The notes under the pieces: model-generated
The model's database searches: none
Told to the model about the DNA's origin: nothing
The model's input: the letters and a program-made list of their open reading frames with translations, nothing else
Translations under genes and position numbers: made by a program
In this document: positions 17,436 through 26,026 of the stretch, one piece after another
Position numbering within the stretch: the stretch's first letter is position 1
Layout of the letters: each line of letters begins with the position of its first letter
DNA from: Candidatus Thorarchaeota archaeon
GTDB lineage: Archaea > Asgardarchaeota > Thorarchaeia > Thorarchaeales > Thorarchaeaceae
Direction: 5' to 3'
DNA length: 32,000 nucleotides
NCBI GenBank assembly: GCA_003345555.1
Contig: PRDJ01000050.1
Location: 14,302 to 46,301, forward strand

Positions 17436-18224
17436 ATGGCTGATGTGAAGAGCGGCGATGTAGTAGTACCCGGCGATCAATTATGCGTTATTGAGGAGCT
17501 TTCGTCAGGTTTTGGTACGTACGAACAGGATGGTATTGTATATGCGGCTGCTTCAGGAGCAGTACACATTGATCTCAAGGAACGGAGCATAAAGGTCCTT
17601 GAGAAAGATGGCAGCGTGAGAATCGCTCTTCCAATGAAAGGCGACACACTCGTGGGCGAAGTGGTGAACGCCTACGAACAACGTGCCGAGGTTAGTCTGG
17701 TCAAACGCAATGATGCAGATGTTCCCAGTCCTTTCATAGGCGAGATTCACATCAGTAATGTCACTCGAAGATATGTCAAGTCCATGTATGATGTGATTAA
17801 GTCCGGCGATATTGTGCGGGCGATGGCGACCAACACTCACACAATACCAGTACAACTCACGCTTATCGGACCCAAACTTGGTGTCATGCTAGCAAAATGC
17901 TCGAAGTGCGGAAACTCGCTTTCCTTAACGACTGGCAACAATCTGGTTTGTTTGAGATGCGAGAATCGCGAAACTCGTGAAGTGGCAAGCGATTATGGTC
18001 AGAGATTCGGTTTGGAGCCTAGACCAGACCTTGCACCACGGAAGAGATCGTATGATGAGAAACGCTACGACAGCGAGCGTCCCCGTCGCGATCGAGAGTC
18101 TTTTCGCGAAAGACGGCCCTCTAGGACTAGCGAATCCAGAGAGCGGGGTCGTGGTACATCTTCCCGGCCTGTTCGTCGTAGGACTTCTGGAGATGACAGG
18201 CGTCCACGAGTCAGGAGGCAATGA
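17436..18224 (+). CDS. csl4: Exosome cap subunit Csl4 with an Arg/Ser/acidic C-terminal extension
   Basis: VVPGDQL, GFGTYE..G.VYAA, S1 domain IHISNV and DIVRA, Zn ribbon CSKC...CLRC...ETREVASDYG, then a 74-aa low-complexity tail. Confidence 0.93.
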   Translation: MADVKSGDVVVPGDQLCVIEELSSGFGTYEQDGIVYAAASGAVHIDLKERSIKVLEKDGSVRIALPMKGDTLVGEVVNAYEQRAEVSLVKRNDADVPSPFIGEIHISNVTRRYVKSMYDVIKSGDIVRAMATNTHTIPVQLTLIGPKLGVMLAKCSKCGNSLSLTTGNNLVCLRCENRETREVASDYGQRFGLEPRPDLAPRKRSYDEKRYDSERPRRDRESFRERRPSRTSESRERGRGTSSRPVRRRTSGDDRRPRVRRQ

Positions 18225-18517
18225 GATTGGACATAAGGGTTATTGAGAACTCAAAGTACGTGCTTGTGACAGAAATACGTGGAGAAGAGCACTCGTTCTG
18301 CAATCTCTTACGCAAGACTCTTCTCGAAGAGGAATCAGTGGATTTTGCTGGCTATATGATCGAACACCCTCTGCTCGCCAGTCCTGTATTCACTCTAAAG
18401 ACGAAGAGGCGTCAAGCGAACGTTGTCTTGAGAGAAGGATTGGAGAAGATGCTTGCTCGGACCGAAGAGTTCAGGAAGCGATTCCATCAAGCGGCCTCTC
18501 AGCACGAGACCGAATAG
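18221..18517 (+). CDS. rpo11: DNA-directed RNA polymerase subunit Rpo11 (L)
   Basis: GEEHSFCNLLR..L......FAGY.IEHPL motif; ATGA overlap with csl4. Confidence 0.95.
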   Translation: MRLDIRVIENSKYVLVTEIRGEEHSFCNLLRKTLLEEESVDFAGYMIEHPLLASPVFTLKTKRRQANVVLREGLEKMLARTEEFRKRFHQAASQHETE

Positions 18518-18549
18518 ACCAACTAGAGAATCACGGTCGGGTGGTTTGG

Positions 18550-19029
18550 ATGGCTTGGGACTATTTGGCAAGCCACGCCACGATTCACGATATCATGAAT
18601 GATTCCGGACTAGCAAAGCTTGGTGACAGTCTTGTCAATCTCTGCTTCTCGCTTGCAAAATCGGTAGTCATTGGTTGTCCTACTGGTGAGAAGGTCAAGG
18701 ATAGCGTGCTGGCCCGTGCAATTCGCTCCAGTCCGATATATGCCAGTATCGGTCACAGAACGGATCCGGGATCTGCGGCCGATGCCTATGAGGCTGTCAT
18801 GGCATGGCTTTGGCTCAATCGAAAGACAACAATCGATTCAGTTGTCGATTCACTCACGAAGAGCTTGTTGGCCGAAGACATGGAGCGCGAGAAAAGTGCA
18901 AAGAGAAACGATGAATCTGCGGTCCGGGCTTTCCAGAGTCTGCTTGAACAGGTCTCGAAGCAGCTGCCTATCTGCGGGTATACGCAGCAAGACGGTCAGG
19001 ACGAGTCGTATCCGGTCAGTAAGCCTTAA
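18550..19029 (+). CDS. Archaeal RNase III-like domain protein
   Basis: DSGLAKLGDSLVN...GEKVKD..LA and ADAYEA..AWLW resemble the mini-RNase III-type signature found near rpo11/tfs in archaea. Confidence 0.75.
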   Translation: MAWDYLASHATIHDIMNDSGLAKLGDSLVNLCFSLAKSVVIGCPTGEKVKDSVLARAIRSSPIYASIGHRTDPGSAADAYEAVMAWLWLNRKTTIDSVVDSLTKSLLAEDMEREKSAKRNDESAVRAFQSLLEQVSKQLPICGYTQQDGQDESYPVSKP

Positions 19030-19071
19030 TTGACTAGTGTCTCGTAGCCCGGAAGACGTGGGGTGACTCCC

Positions 19072-19404
19072 GTGCAGTTCTGTGACAAGTGTGGATCCAT
19101 GATGGTTCCGTCCTCCGATGCGGAAGGCAAGAAGATTCTGAAATGCAGGAGCTGTGGCCATACTATGAAGCTCAAGGGAGAGATGAAAGTGTCAGAGAAC
19201 ATAAGACGGACTCCCCATGACAAGATTGTGGTTGTCGATGACGACTCCATGCCGATGCCCAAGGTTGCTGCGACGTGTCCGAATTGCGGAAATGATGAGG
19301 CATACTACTGGACGGTTCAAACGAGACGCGGGGATGAAGGCGCAACTGAGTTCTATAGATGTACCAAGTGCAAGCAGACTTGGCGCTACTATGGCGGCCG
19401 CTAG
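19072..19404 (+). CDS. tfs: Transcription cleavage factor TFS (RpoM/TFIIS-like)
   Basis: FCDKCGSMM...CRSCG N-terminal ribbon and CPNCGNDEAYYW..QTRRGDEGATEFYRCTKC with the acidic DE hairpin intact. GTG start follows GGGGTGA. Confidence 0.93.
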   Translation: MQFCDKCGSMMVPSSDAEGKKILKCRSCGHTMKLKGEMKVSENIRRTPHDKIVVVDDDSMPMPKVAATCPNCGNDEAYYWTVQTRRGDEGATEFYRCTKCKQTWRYYGGR

Positions 19405-19490
19405 ACTTATACATTCTTATATCACGAGAATCTAGAACTGGAGCGCAGAGCGCGCTGCTTTGTTCAGCGACATATGTTGGTGCGGACAGC

Positions 19491-19862
19491 TTGACCGAGG
19501 AACAAAGGATTCCGCGTACGCAATATGCTAGGCTTGCAACAGTACGCAGTCTGTCCGCTAGTACCAAGGGCCCTGTGAGGATAATGTGTATCGTTGTAGA
19601 GTCGACCCCTGGACTGGCTCTTGTACAGGATATCTATGATGACGTAGGGAAGGCAAGACAGATTAGGGCATTAGTCGAAGGGAAGCTTGAAGTCGCGCAG
19701 AAGTATATGTTGATAGGCAGCATGACGGAGAAAAGCGGTCCAAACGGGAAGGAGCTAATGCTTTCGGCGTCTCAGACCCTGAATATCAACTCGCTTGACA
19801 TCAAGGAGTATAAACAGGCAATGGAGCTAGAAGAACGAATAACCCGCACCATGGGCCGATAG
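19491..19862 (+). CDS. Single OB-fold protein resembling the RPA14/RPA3 small subunit
   Basis: TTG start after GGTG gives 123 aa. Its pattern YARLATVRSL...PVRIMCIV...MLIGSM...LSA...INSLDIKEYKQAMELE parallels RPA14/RPA3 (V.LIG.V ... D...L....EL) as judged by eye. The ORF-track start at 19359 overlaps tfs and is unlikely. Confidence 0.6.
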   Translation: MTEEQRIPRTQYARLATVRSLSASTKGPVRIMCIVVESTPGLALVQDIYDDVGKARQIRALVEGKLEVAQKYMLIGSMTEKSGPNGKELMLSASQTLNINSLDIKEYKQAMELEERITRTMGR

Positions 19863-19876
19863 ATGGAGGTACCAAG

Positions 19877-20629
19877 ATGTTTCATGCGACACTCGATAGC
19901 ACAAAGACATGGAAACAAATAGTCGACGCACTAGCTACACTGCTGACTGAAGCACACTTTGTTGCTTCAGAGACCGGTCTTATGCTTCGTCAGCTCGACT
20001 CGACGAAAGCAGCCATGATTGACCTTACTCTTCCTGCGGGGCTGTTTCAGGAGTACAGCTGCAAGGGAGATCACGATATCTGCCTCGGAATAGATGAGCT
20101 AACTAAAGTCAGCAAGCGCATGGCCAGCGATGATAAACTCGAGTTCAATCTCAATGAAAGCGAACAGCGCTTCGAAATCAAGATGCTGGGTCAAGCCGAG
20201 CGCCTGTTCAAGCTTCAGATTCTTAGTCCTCCTGAGGATAGGACGAAGAAACCAGCTCTTTCTTTTGATGCGAGAGCAGAGATGTATGCAGAAGCGTTCA
20301 AACAGGCTGTGAAGGACATAGGTGTTGTTTCAAGCCACGTGAAGATTAGCGCAAACGGCGATACGATATCATTCACCGGAGAAGGCGATACTGGGGAAGC
20401 ACAGGTGTCCCTGAAGATGGGAGACGAGTCACTTCTCTATGAGCTCAAGATTGAGAAGGATAGCACTTCTATGTATGCTCTGAATTACCTTTCAGAAATA
20501 TCCAAAGCTATGTCCAGTGACAGCGTCGTTCTTCAGTTCAGTACAAACAAACCCATGATGATGGAGTTTGGAATCGCCGAGGGCGGCAGGATAAGCTTCA
20601 TTCTCGCCCCTCGTGTAGAGCGAAGGTAG
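19877..20629 (+). CDS. pcn: PCNA sliding clamp
   Basis: 250 aa with GLMLRQLDSTKAAMIDL, YALNYL and ISFILAPRVE motifs. Confidence 0.96.
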   Translation: MFHATLDSTKTWKQIVDALATLLTEAHFVASETGLMLRQLDSTKAAMIDLTLPAGLFQEYSCKGDHDICLGIDELTKVSKRMASDDKLEFNLNESEQRFEIKMLGQAERLFKLQILSPPEDRTKKPALSFDARAEMYAEAFKQAVKDIGVVSSHVKISANGDTISFTGEGDTGEAQVSLKMGDESLLYELKIEKDSTSMYALNYLSEISKAMSSDSVVLQFSTNKPMMMEFGIAEGGRISFILAPRVERR

Positions 20630-20658
20630 TTCCTGTTGCTTTCGGTCGCTGTACGGTC

Positions 20659-22041
20659 ATGGCCTTACATACTCAAGAAACAAGGTCCAAGTTCCTGCAG
20701 CTGATATTCCAAGACTACTATCGCGTGAATGCCAATCAAGTCGACATACCGGAACGTCTTCATATGCGCGAGTTTGGCATGGAGAGCTGGGACTATGTCT
20801 GGAGATGTCCAGAACGAAGGACACGCGATGCTTCGGGGGCTGAGAAGAGCATAGGCTGTGGTCAGTCAGGACGTTCCTTCAAGAAGTTCAAGGTATGCCC
20901 GAATTGTGGTTCTCCCGAAGTTCAGATGACCAGTTGGACTCGTCATCTTGGCTACCGTTCACCTGATGCTCTCAGAAACGACCTGGTTGTTTCTGCGCCG
21001 CACAGCGTATACCACTCTGCCGCATTCTATAACATACCAGTATCTCGAAGTATGGACGAAAAGGATTGGCAGGGCGCAGAGCTCGTGTTTGACATTGACG
21101 CTGATCACCTTGATTGCCCGTGTTCACAGGACCACGATGCGTGGAGATGCAACAACCCTGAGTGTAATGAAATGGGCAAGGGTGTCCCCGCGGAGGAAAA
21201 ATGCACCAAGTGTGGGAGCGAGAGCATTACCATCCGCAGGTGGCTATGTGACCGCTGTCTCGGCGATGCAAAAAGATACACACTGAAGCTATATGACGAG
21301 TTTCTGACCAGTGACTTTGGATTTGACCCCCGGAACATTCAGCTGAACTATAGCGGCCATCGGGGATATCACGTACGCGTCAGGGACCCCCGAATCTTCA
21401 AGTTGGATGCGGACGGACGAATTGAGATTGTACAGTATATCAATGGCTTGGGTTTCAGCAGCGAGAGATTCATCACAGAGACATCCATGGCGCTTCTCAC
21501 AGGCAATATCCCGGGTTGGCCGCGGAAGCTGATGGTGGCCATGATAGAATTCATCAGAAACATAGATTCCTACGACGGTAAAGAGCGATGGGTTGAACCA
21601 TTACGCAAGTATAAGACTGCCGCAATCGAGGGTCTCTTGCGAGTTCCGCCCACCCTTCGTATTCCGGTGAAGGGGTTTCTTGGGGTCAAGTCTTGGCAGG
21701 AGATTGCGACACAAGCGGTTGCATTGTACGGCGGCAAGATTGACATACCTGTCACTCACGATATACATAGGGTAATCCGTTTGATAGGGAGTCTACACGG
21801 CAAGACCGGGTTCAATGTGGTACCACTCAGTCGCGATGCGGTCGAGTCATTCAATCCATTTAGAGACGCATTAGCATTCACAGCAGGCTCTTTGAAGGTA
21901 AGAGTTATGGGTGGCGGCGTAGAGATTCCCAAGTTCAGGATAGGCGACACAGAATATGGTCCCTATGGTGATGATCAAGTAGAATTGCCAATGGCTGCGG
22001 CAGTTTTCATTCTCTGCAAAGGTGTGGCTACGATTGAATGA
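20659..22041 (+). CDS. priS: DNA primase small (catalytic) subunit PriS with two zinc-ribbon insertions
   Basis: REFG, RH, VYHSAAFY, ELVFDIDADH (DxD), YSGHRGYHV and KID.PVT.DIHR.IRL.GSLHGKTG motifs. Confidence 0.96.
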   Translation: MALHTQETRSKFLQLIFQDYYRVNANQVDIPERLHMREFGMESWDYVWRCPERRTRDASGAEKSIGCGQSGRSFKKFKVCPNCGSPEVQMTSWTRHLGYRSPDALRNDLVVSAPHSVYHSAAFYNIPVSRSMDEKDWQGAELVFDIDADHLDCPCSQDHDAWRCNNPECNEMGKGVPAEEKCTKCGSESITIRRWLCDRCLGDAKRYTLKLYDEFLTSDFGFDPRNIQLNYSGHRGYHVRVRDPRIFKLDADGRIEIVQYINGLGFSSERFITETSMALLTGNIPGWPRKLMVAMIEFIRNIDSYDGKERWVEPLRKYKTAAIEGLLRVPPTLRIPVKGFLGVKSWQEIATQAVALYGGKIDIPVTHDIHRVIRLIGSLHGKTGFNVVPLSRDAVESFNPFRDALAFTAGSLKVRVMGGGVEIPKFRIGDTEYGPYGDDQVELPMAAAVFILCKGVATIE

Positions 22042-22654
22042 GTCAATTTACGATGAAGTGCGGAAGTCTTGGCAAGCAGAGGTTGAGAGCGACGAAATCA
22101 AAGACCTAGATGATTTGCGTCTTGCCAGAATGACTTCATATCTCTCAGGCGTGCGGCTTCTTCTGGCGGAAACGCCCGCCGAGGATTTTCTGAAAGCAGA
22201 CCTATTGACTCAAGAAGCAGTGAATCTGGAGTTCATGTTAAACGATTTACTGATGGTTCGAAAGAAGAAGATACTGAACGCTGCTCTTGTGCAAAGACGC
22301 CCTCTTGGGAGCCTGACACTTGCGGAAGAAGAGTTCTACAACAGACTCGTGAGAGCTGTCGAAGGCCATGTTGAGTTCGTGAAGTCTGCTCTCTCCGGCA
22401 CATCTTCAGGTAGTGAATCAGTAAAGGGGGAAGAGTCTGTCGCGGCATCGCCGTCCGAATCCGGCGCAGTAGAATACGTCAGCGTTGTTTTTCTTCGTCC
22501 GGTGGAGCAAGCCTTTGTGGGATTGGATGAAGCCACCTACGGTCCTTTCAAAGTGGGTGATAATGCAATGATTCCGATAGAGAACGCACGTGGATGGCTT
22601 CGCGATGGCACAGTCGCCAGAGTAGTAATAGACAAACCGAAGGCGCGTGACTGA
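22034..22654 (+). CDS. GINS complex subunit Gins15 (Gins51)
   Basis: Helical A domain with RKKKIL and LTLAEEEFY, C-terminal B domain FVGLD..TYGPFKVGD...IP..NA. Canonical PCNA-PriS-GINS15 order; TTG start overlaps the priS stop. Confidence 0.9.
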   Translation: MNESIYDEVRKSWQAEVESDEIKDLDDLRLARMTSYLSGVRLLLAETPAEDFLKADLLTQEAVNLEFMLNDLLMVRKKKILNAALVQRRPLGSLTLAEEEFYNRLVRAVEGHVEFVKSALSGTSSGSESVKGEESVAASPSESGAVEYVSVVFLRPVEQAFVGLDEATYGPFKVGDNAMIPIENARGWLRDGTVARVVIDKPKARD

Positions 22655-22946
22655 GATGTCGCAAGAAACGCTGGTCAATCAACTCATTGAGCTCTCCGCT
22701 CAAATCGTCTCTGCTCGCGAGGATATCGAAAGGAAGCATAGGAAGATGCAGATAGCTCTTACGAATGTCCTACGATTGCTGTCTGAGGAAGAAGGGTCTA
22801 CTGCGAGCAAGATACAAGCCAACCCGAGTCGCCTGAAAGGTTACGTGCTGCGGGCTCTTTCCGAGCTGCGCGAAGACTCGCTGAGCCTTTGTGATACGCT
22901 GAGGTCTAGGGTCGATTCCATAATAGAGGTCGCACGAAATCCATAA
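22647..22946 (+). CDS. Hypothetical all-helical protein, 99 aa
   Basis: Overlaps the end of gins15 and has an amphipathic helical pattern; no recognised motif. Confidence 0.6.
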   Translation: MTEMSQETLVNQLIELSAQIVSAREDIERKHRKMQIALTNVLRLLSEEEGSTASKIQANPSRLKGYVLRALSELREDSLSLCDTLRSRVDSIIEVARNP

Positions 22947-22972
22947 GAAGGGTATTTTTCTTCTCAATCTGC

Positions 22973-23179
22973 ATGCCTCCGACAGGACGGTGGATTCTGA
23001 TTGTTGCAGGATTGGCTTCGGCAGCAATCGCATTGTTAGGAGCCGTCACATATCCTGGGACTACAAAGGATTTGGGAACAACCATCCTATACGAGATGGC
23101 TTTGTTCGCCGGCATATTCATCGTTCTCGGGCTCGCATACAAGCAGGGCTACACAGAACGCGAAATCTCCGTCCAGTGA
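22973..23179 (+). CDS. Small membrane protein with two predicted TM helices
   Basis: Hydrophobic segments WILIVAGLASAAIALLGAVTY and ILYEMALFAGIFIVLGLAY; fills the gap co-directionally. Confidence 0.6.
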   Translation: MPPTGRWILIVAGLASAAIALLGAVTYPGTTKDLGTTILYEMALFAGIFIVLGLAYKQGYTEREISVQ

Positions 23180-23351
23180 ATCAGATCGAATCAGCTTGCA
23201 ACTCCTCTCACTTGCGATGCCAGGAGCGACACATATCGGGTCACGTATGATGCAATCTAGTGAGTCAATTGTGAAACTCTTAAATGGGGGCTAGAATTCG
23301 GGACTGGCAGCGACCCAAGCAGGCGGATGCGCCCTCGGTGGTGCTTCTCTA

Positions 23352-23894
23352 ATGACTGAGGCAAAACAAATAGCTGGCCCACCAGCGACCCTTGTTGAAC
23401 CAATCGACATGTCCCAGCTGGATTCCAATTTCCGGGACGAAATACGAAGCATGCCTAATGGCGAAGAACTTGCTGCCTGTTTTGCATGTTCAACGTGCAC
23501 AGCGGCATGTCCCATTGCGAATCAGTGGAAGTACAAGCCTCACCAACTAATCAGGATGATTCTCCTTGGAATGCGCAGTGAGGTCTTGAATAGCAAAGAG
23601 ATATGGGAATGCCTCACTTGTTTTCAATGCCAAGAACGTTGTCCTCAGAAAGTGCGGATTACAGACATACTGTTCGACTGCAAGAATCTGGCCGCAGACG
23701 AAGGAAAGGTACCAGAGAAAATACTTGCACTTGCAAAGGAATTGATTGACAAGGGACAGCTCTATGTTGTGACGGCGGACTGGGAGCGTGAGGACCTTGG
23801 GCTTCAACCAGCAGTGCCCGGGCTTTCCACCGACGGAATCAAACAGATTCTGAGAGAGACTCGAACCGGGAAACTTGCTGGAGGTGGTACCTGA
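23352..23894 (+). CDS. hdrC: Heterodisulfide reductase subunit C-like (2x[4Fe-4S])
   Basis: CFACSTCTAACP, PHQLIRMILLG and IWECLTCFQCQERCPQ motifs. Confidence 0.93.
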   Translation: MTEAKQIAGPPATLVEPIDMSQLDSNFRDEIRSMPNGEELAACFACSTCTAACPIANQWKYKPHQLIRMILLGMRSEVLNSKEIWECLTCFQCQERCPQKVRITDILFDCKNLAADEGKVPEKILALAKELIDKGQLYVVTADWEREDLGLQPAVPGLSTDGIKQILRETRTGKLAGGGT

Positions 23895-23895
23895 A

Positions 23896-24762
23896 ATGCC
23901 GATGTACAACCTCTACATGGGTTGCAGCGTTCCAGCGAATTATCCCAACTACGAAGCGGCCGTGATGAAGGTTGGCGAAGCGCTGGGCATGGAATTCGAG
24001 TACATGACCGACGTCGCCTGCTGTGGCAGCCCTAATCTACGGTCAATCGATTACTTCGGTTGGCTGGTTGTGAACGGGCGCACTCTCGCGATAGCAGAGA
24101 AGAATGGACATGATATAGTTACTCCGTGCAATGGATGCTTTGGCTCGCTGAAGGACGTACAGCATCACTTGAAGCATGATGAGAAGGACCGTTCGCGCGT
24201 AAACAAGGAACTCAAGAAAATGGGCCTGGAGTTCAGAGGCACGGTCAAAGTACGCCATGTGATCGAAGCTCTCTACACCGATATCGGAATCGAGGAGATT
24301 CAGCGCAAAATCACTAGACCACTTGACGGCGTTGGCATCTCGATTCACTATGGCTGCCACCTTCTTCGGCCTGATGATGTTACAGAGTTCAAGCCTGAGA
24401 TGCTGGACGCGTTGGTCCGGGCAACTGGTGCGAAAGTGGTCGAGTATCCCCTTTGGAAGCAGTGCTGCGGTGCTACAGTTCTGCCAGTCAATGAACCCTT
24501 GGCAATTCGACTCGCCAGAGACAAAATCCGCTCCATGAAAGAAGCCGGGGCGGAATTCGCGACAGTGGTATGCCCAGCATGTGGAAATCAGCTAGACCTC
24601 CAACAAGTGGGATTGAAGGACTCCTACGGCGAGGTATATGACCTGCCGGTGTTACTCTATCCACAGATTCTGGCCCTAGCACTTGGAATCAACGAGGATG
24701 CCATCGGCCTTCGTATGAATCGTGTGCCTGCAGACTCAATACTCCCGCACTTGAAGGGCTGA
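23896..24762 (+). CDS. hdrB: Heterodisulfide reductase subunit B-like (two CCG domains)
   Basis: YMGC, CCGS, TPCNGC, HYGCHLLRP, CCGA, CPAC..QLD and PQILALALG motifs. Confidence 0.93.
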   Translation: MPMYNLYMGCSVPANYPNYEAAVMKVGEALGMEFEYMTDVACCGSPNLRSIDYFGWLVVNGRTLAIAEKNGHDIVTPCNGCFGSLKDVQHHLKHDEKDRSRVNKELKKMGLEFRGTVKVRHVIEALYTDIGIEEIQRKITRPLDGVGISIHYGCHLLRPDDVTEFKPEMLDALVRATGAKVVEYPLWKQCCGATVLPVNEPLAIRLARDKIRSMKEAGAEFATVVCPACGNQLDLQQVGLKDSYGEVYDLPVLLYPQILALALGINEDAIGLRMNRVPADSILPHLKG

Positions 24763-24775
24763 GGTGAACTGCGGA

Positions 24776-26026
24776 GTGTCTGACCCGGTCCTCGTCATTG
24801 GAGCTGGAGTCGCAGGAATGACCGTAGCTGCAGAACTCTCTGACGCCGGGATTAAGACAGTCCTCGTGGAAAGGTCTTCCACTATGGGGGGTAATGCGCT
24901 GGATCTCTACAAAGCCTTTCCAACCGATGATTGCTTCTATTGCTTTGAGGGCAACCGTTGGAGACCCGGAATTCGCAAGTGCTTCTACAGAAGTACAATG
25001 ACTGATCAGCCCAACATCGACGTCCGGACAGGCTGCGAGGTTGTCGATATTTCAGGCAGTCCGGGCGAGTTCAAGGTCAAGATTGCTGCTGCCCCAAGGT
25101 ACATTGAGCCCAAGAAATGCACCATGTGCGGACTTTGTGTCGGCCTCTCGAAAGCATTCTATCTGGTATCTCCGCAGTGTCAGCCTCAAGCAGTAGTCTA
25201 TAATCCTCAAAGGCCCGATGAAGGTACCGAGAAAGCTGAAAGAGAGTGCCCCACCAAGGCAATCAATCTGCAAGCACAACCCTTTGAGGAGACGCTCCGA
25301 ATCTCGGACATAGTAATCGCGACCGGCTATCATGAGATGAAACCGGTTGACATGGTGGAATACGGTTACGGAAAGGTTCCCAATGTTATCACGCAGCTGG
25401 AACTCGCGCAGATACTCGACCCAAATGGAAAATCGGGGGGCGCTCTGATACGACCTTCGGATGGGTCTCCAGTCAAGAACATCCTCATGGTTCAATGCGT
25501 CGGAAGCAGGGATGAGAGCTATCACCCCTATTGCTCGAAGATATGTTGTGTGTTTGCGCTCAAACATGCGAATATTGTCATGCAAGAGAGAGGAAACGCA
25601 AGAGTCTCCGTAGTCTATATGGACATTCGAACCTATGACCGACATGAACGCTACTATCGGGAGGCACGACAGGCTGGAGTCGAGTTCATACGAGGTCGTG
25701 TCACGCGAGTGGAGCGGGCGAGGGATGATGCTCTGCAAATCACGGTCTATGACTCTCTGCTTGACAAGTATCTGAAGTTCTCAGTGGACCTTCTTGTCTT
25801 GTCTTCCGCTCTAGAGCCTCAGCCGGACATGGCAGGACTCATCGAAAAGCTAGGACTCAGCTCTTCGGATGGCTTTGTGAAACCCGCTGACCAGCTCTCT
25901 GAGAATGAGGTTGTAGCCGGAGACCATCTTTACGTCTGTGGCACAGCGGCTGGCCCTGCTGAGGTTCCGGAGAGTGTGACTCAGGCTAGGGCTGTGGTAT
26001 CCATGATTCTTCAAGGCAGGGCGTGA
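24776..26026 (+). CDS. HdrA-family flavoprotein, QmoA-like size (about 416 aa)
   Basis: FAD motif VIGAGVAG, FPTDDCxxC, YGYG..PNVIT.LE, cluster motif QCVGSR...CSKICC, YMDIRT and FIRGR. GTG start follows GAGGTGA. Confidence 0.9.
   Translation: MSDPVLVIGAGVAGMTVAAELSDAGIKTVLVERSSTMGGNALDLYKAFPTDDCFYCFEGNRWRPGIRKCFYRSTMTDQPNIDVRTGCEVVDISGSPGEFKVKIAAAPRYIEPKKCTMCGLCVGLSKAFYLVSPQCQPQAVVYNPQRPDEGTEKAERECPTKAINLQAQPFEETLRISDIVIATGYHEMKPVDMVEYGYGKVPNVITQLELAQILDPNGKSGGALIRPSDGSPVKNILMVQCVGSRDESYHPYCSKICCVFALKHANIVMQERGNARVSVVYMDIRTYDRHERYYREARQAGVEFIRGRVTRVERARDDALQITVYDSLLDKYLKFSVDLLVLSSALEPQPDMAGLIEKLGLSSSDGFVKPADQLSENEVVAGDHLYVCGTAAGPAEVPESVTQARAVVSMILQGRA

Noticed and set aside
19390-19404. TFS C-terminus YYGGR as a ubiquitin-like di-Gly
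   Set aside because: The protein is a zinc-ribbon TFS, not a beta-grasp fold, and GG is not terminal.
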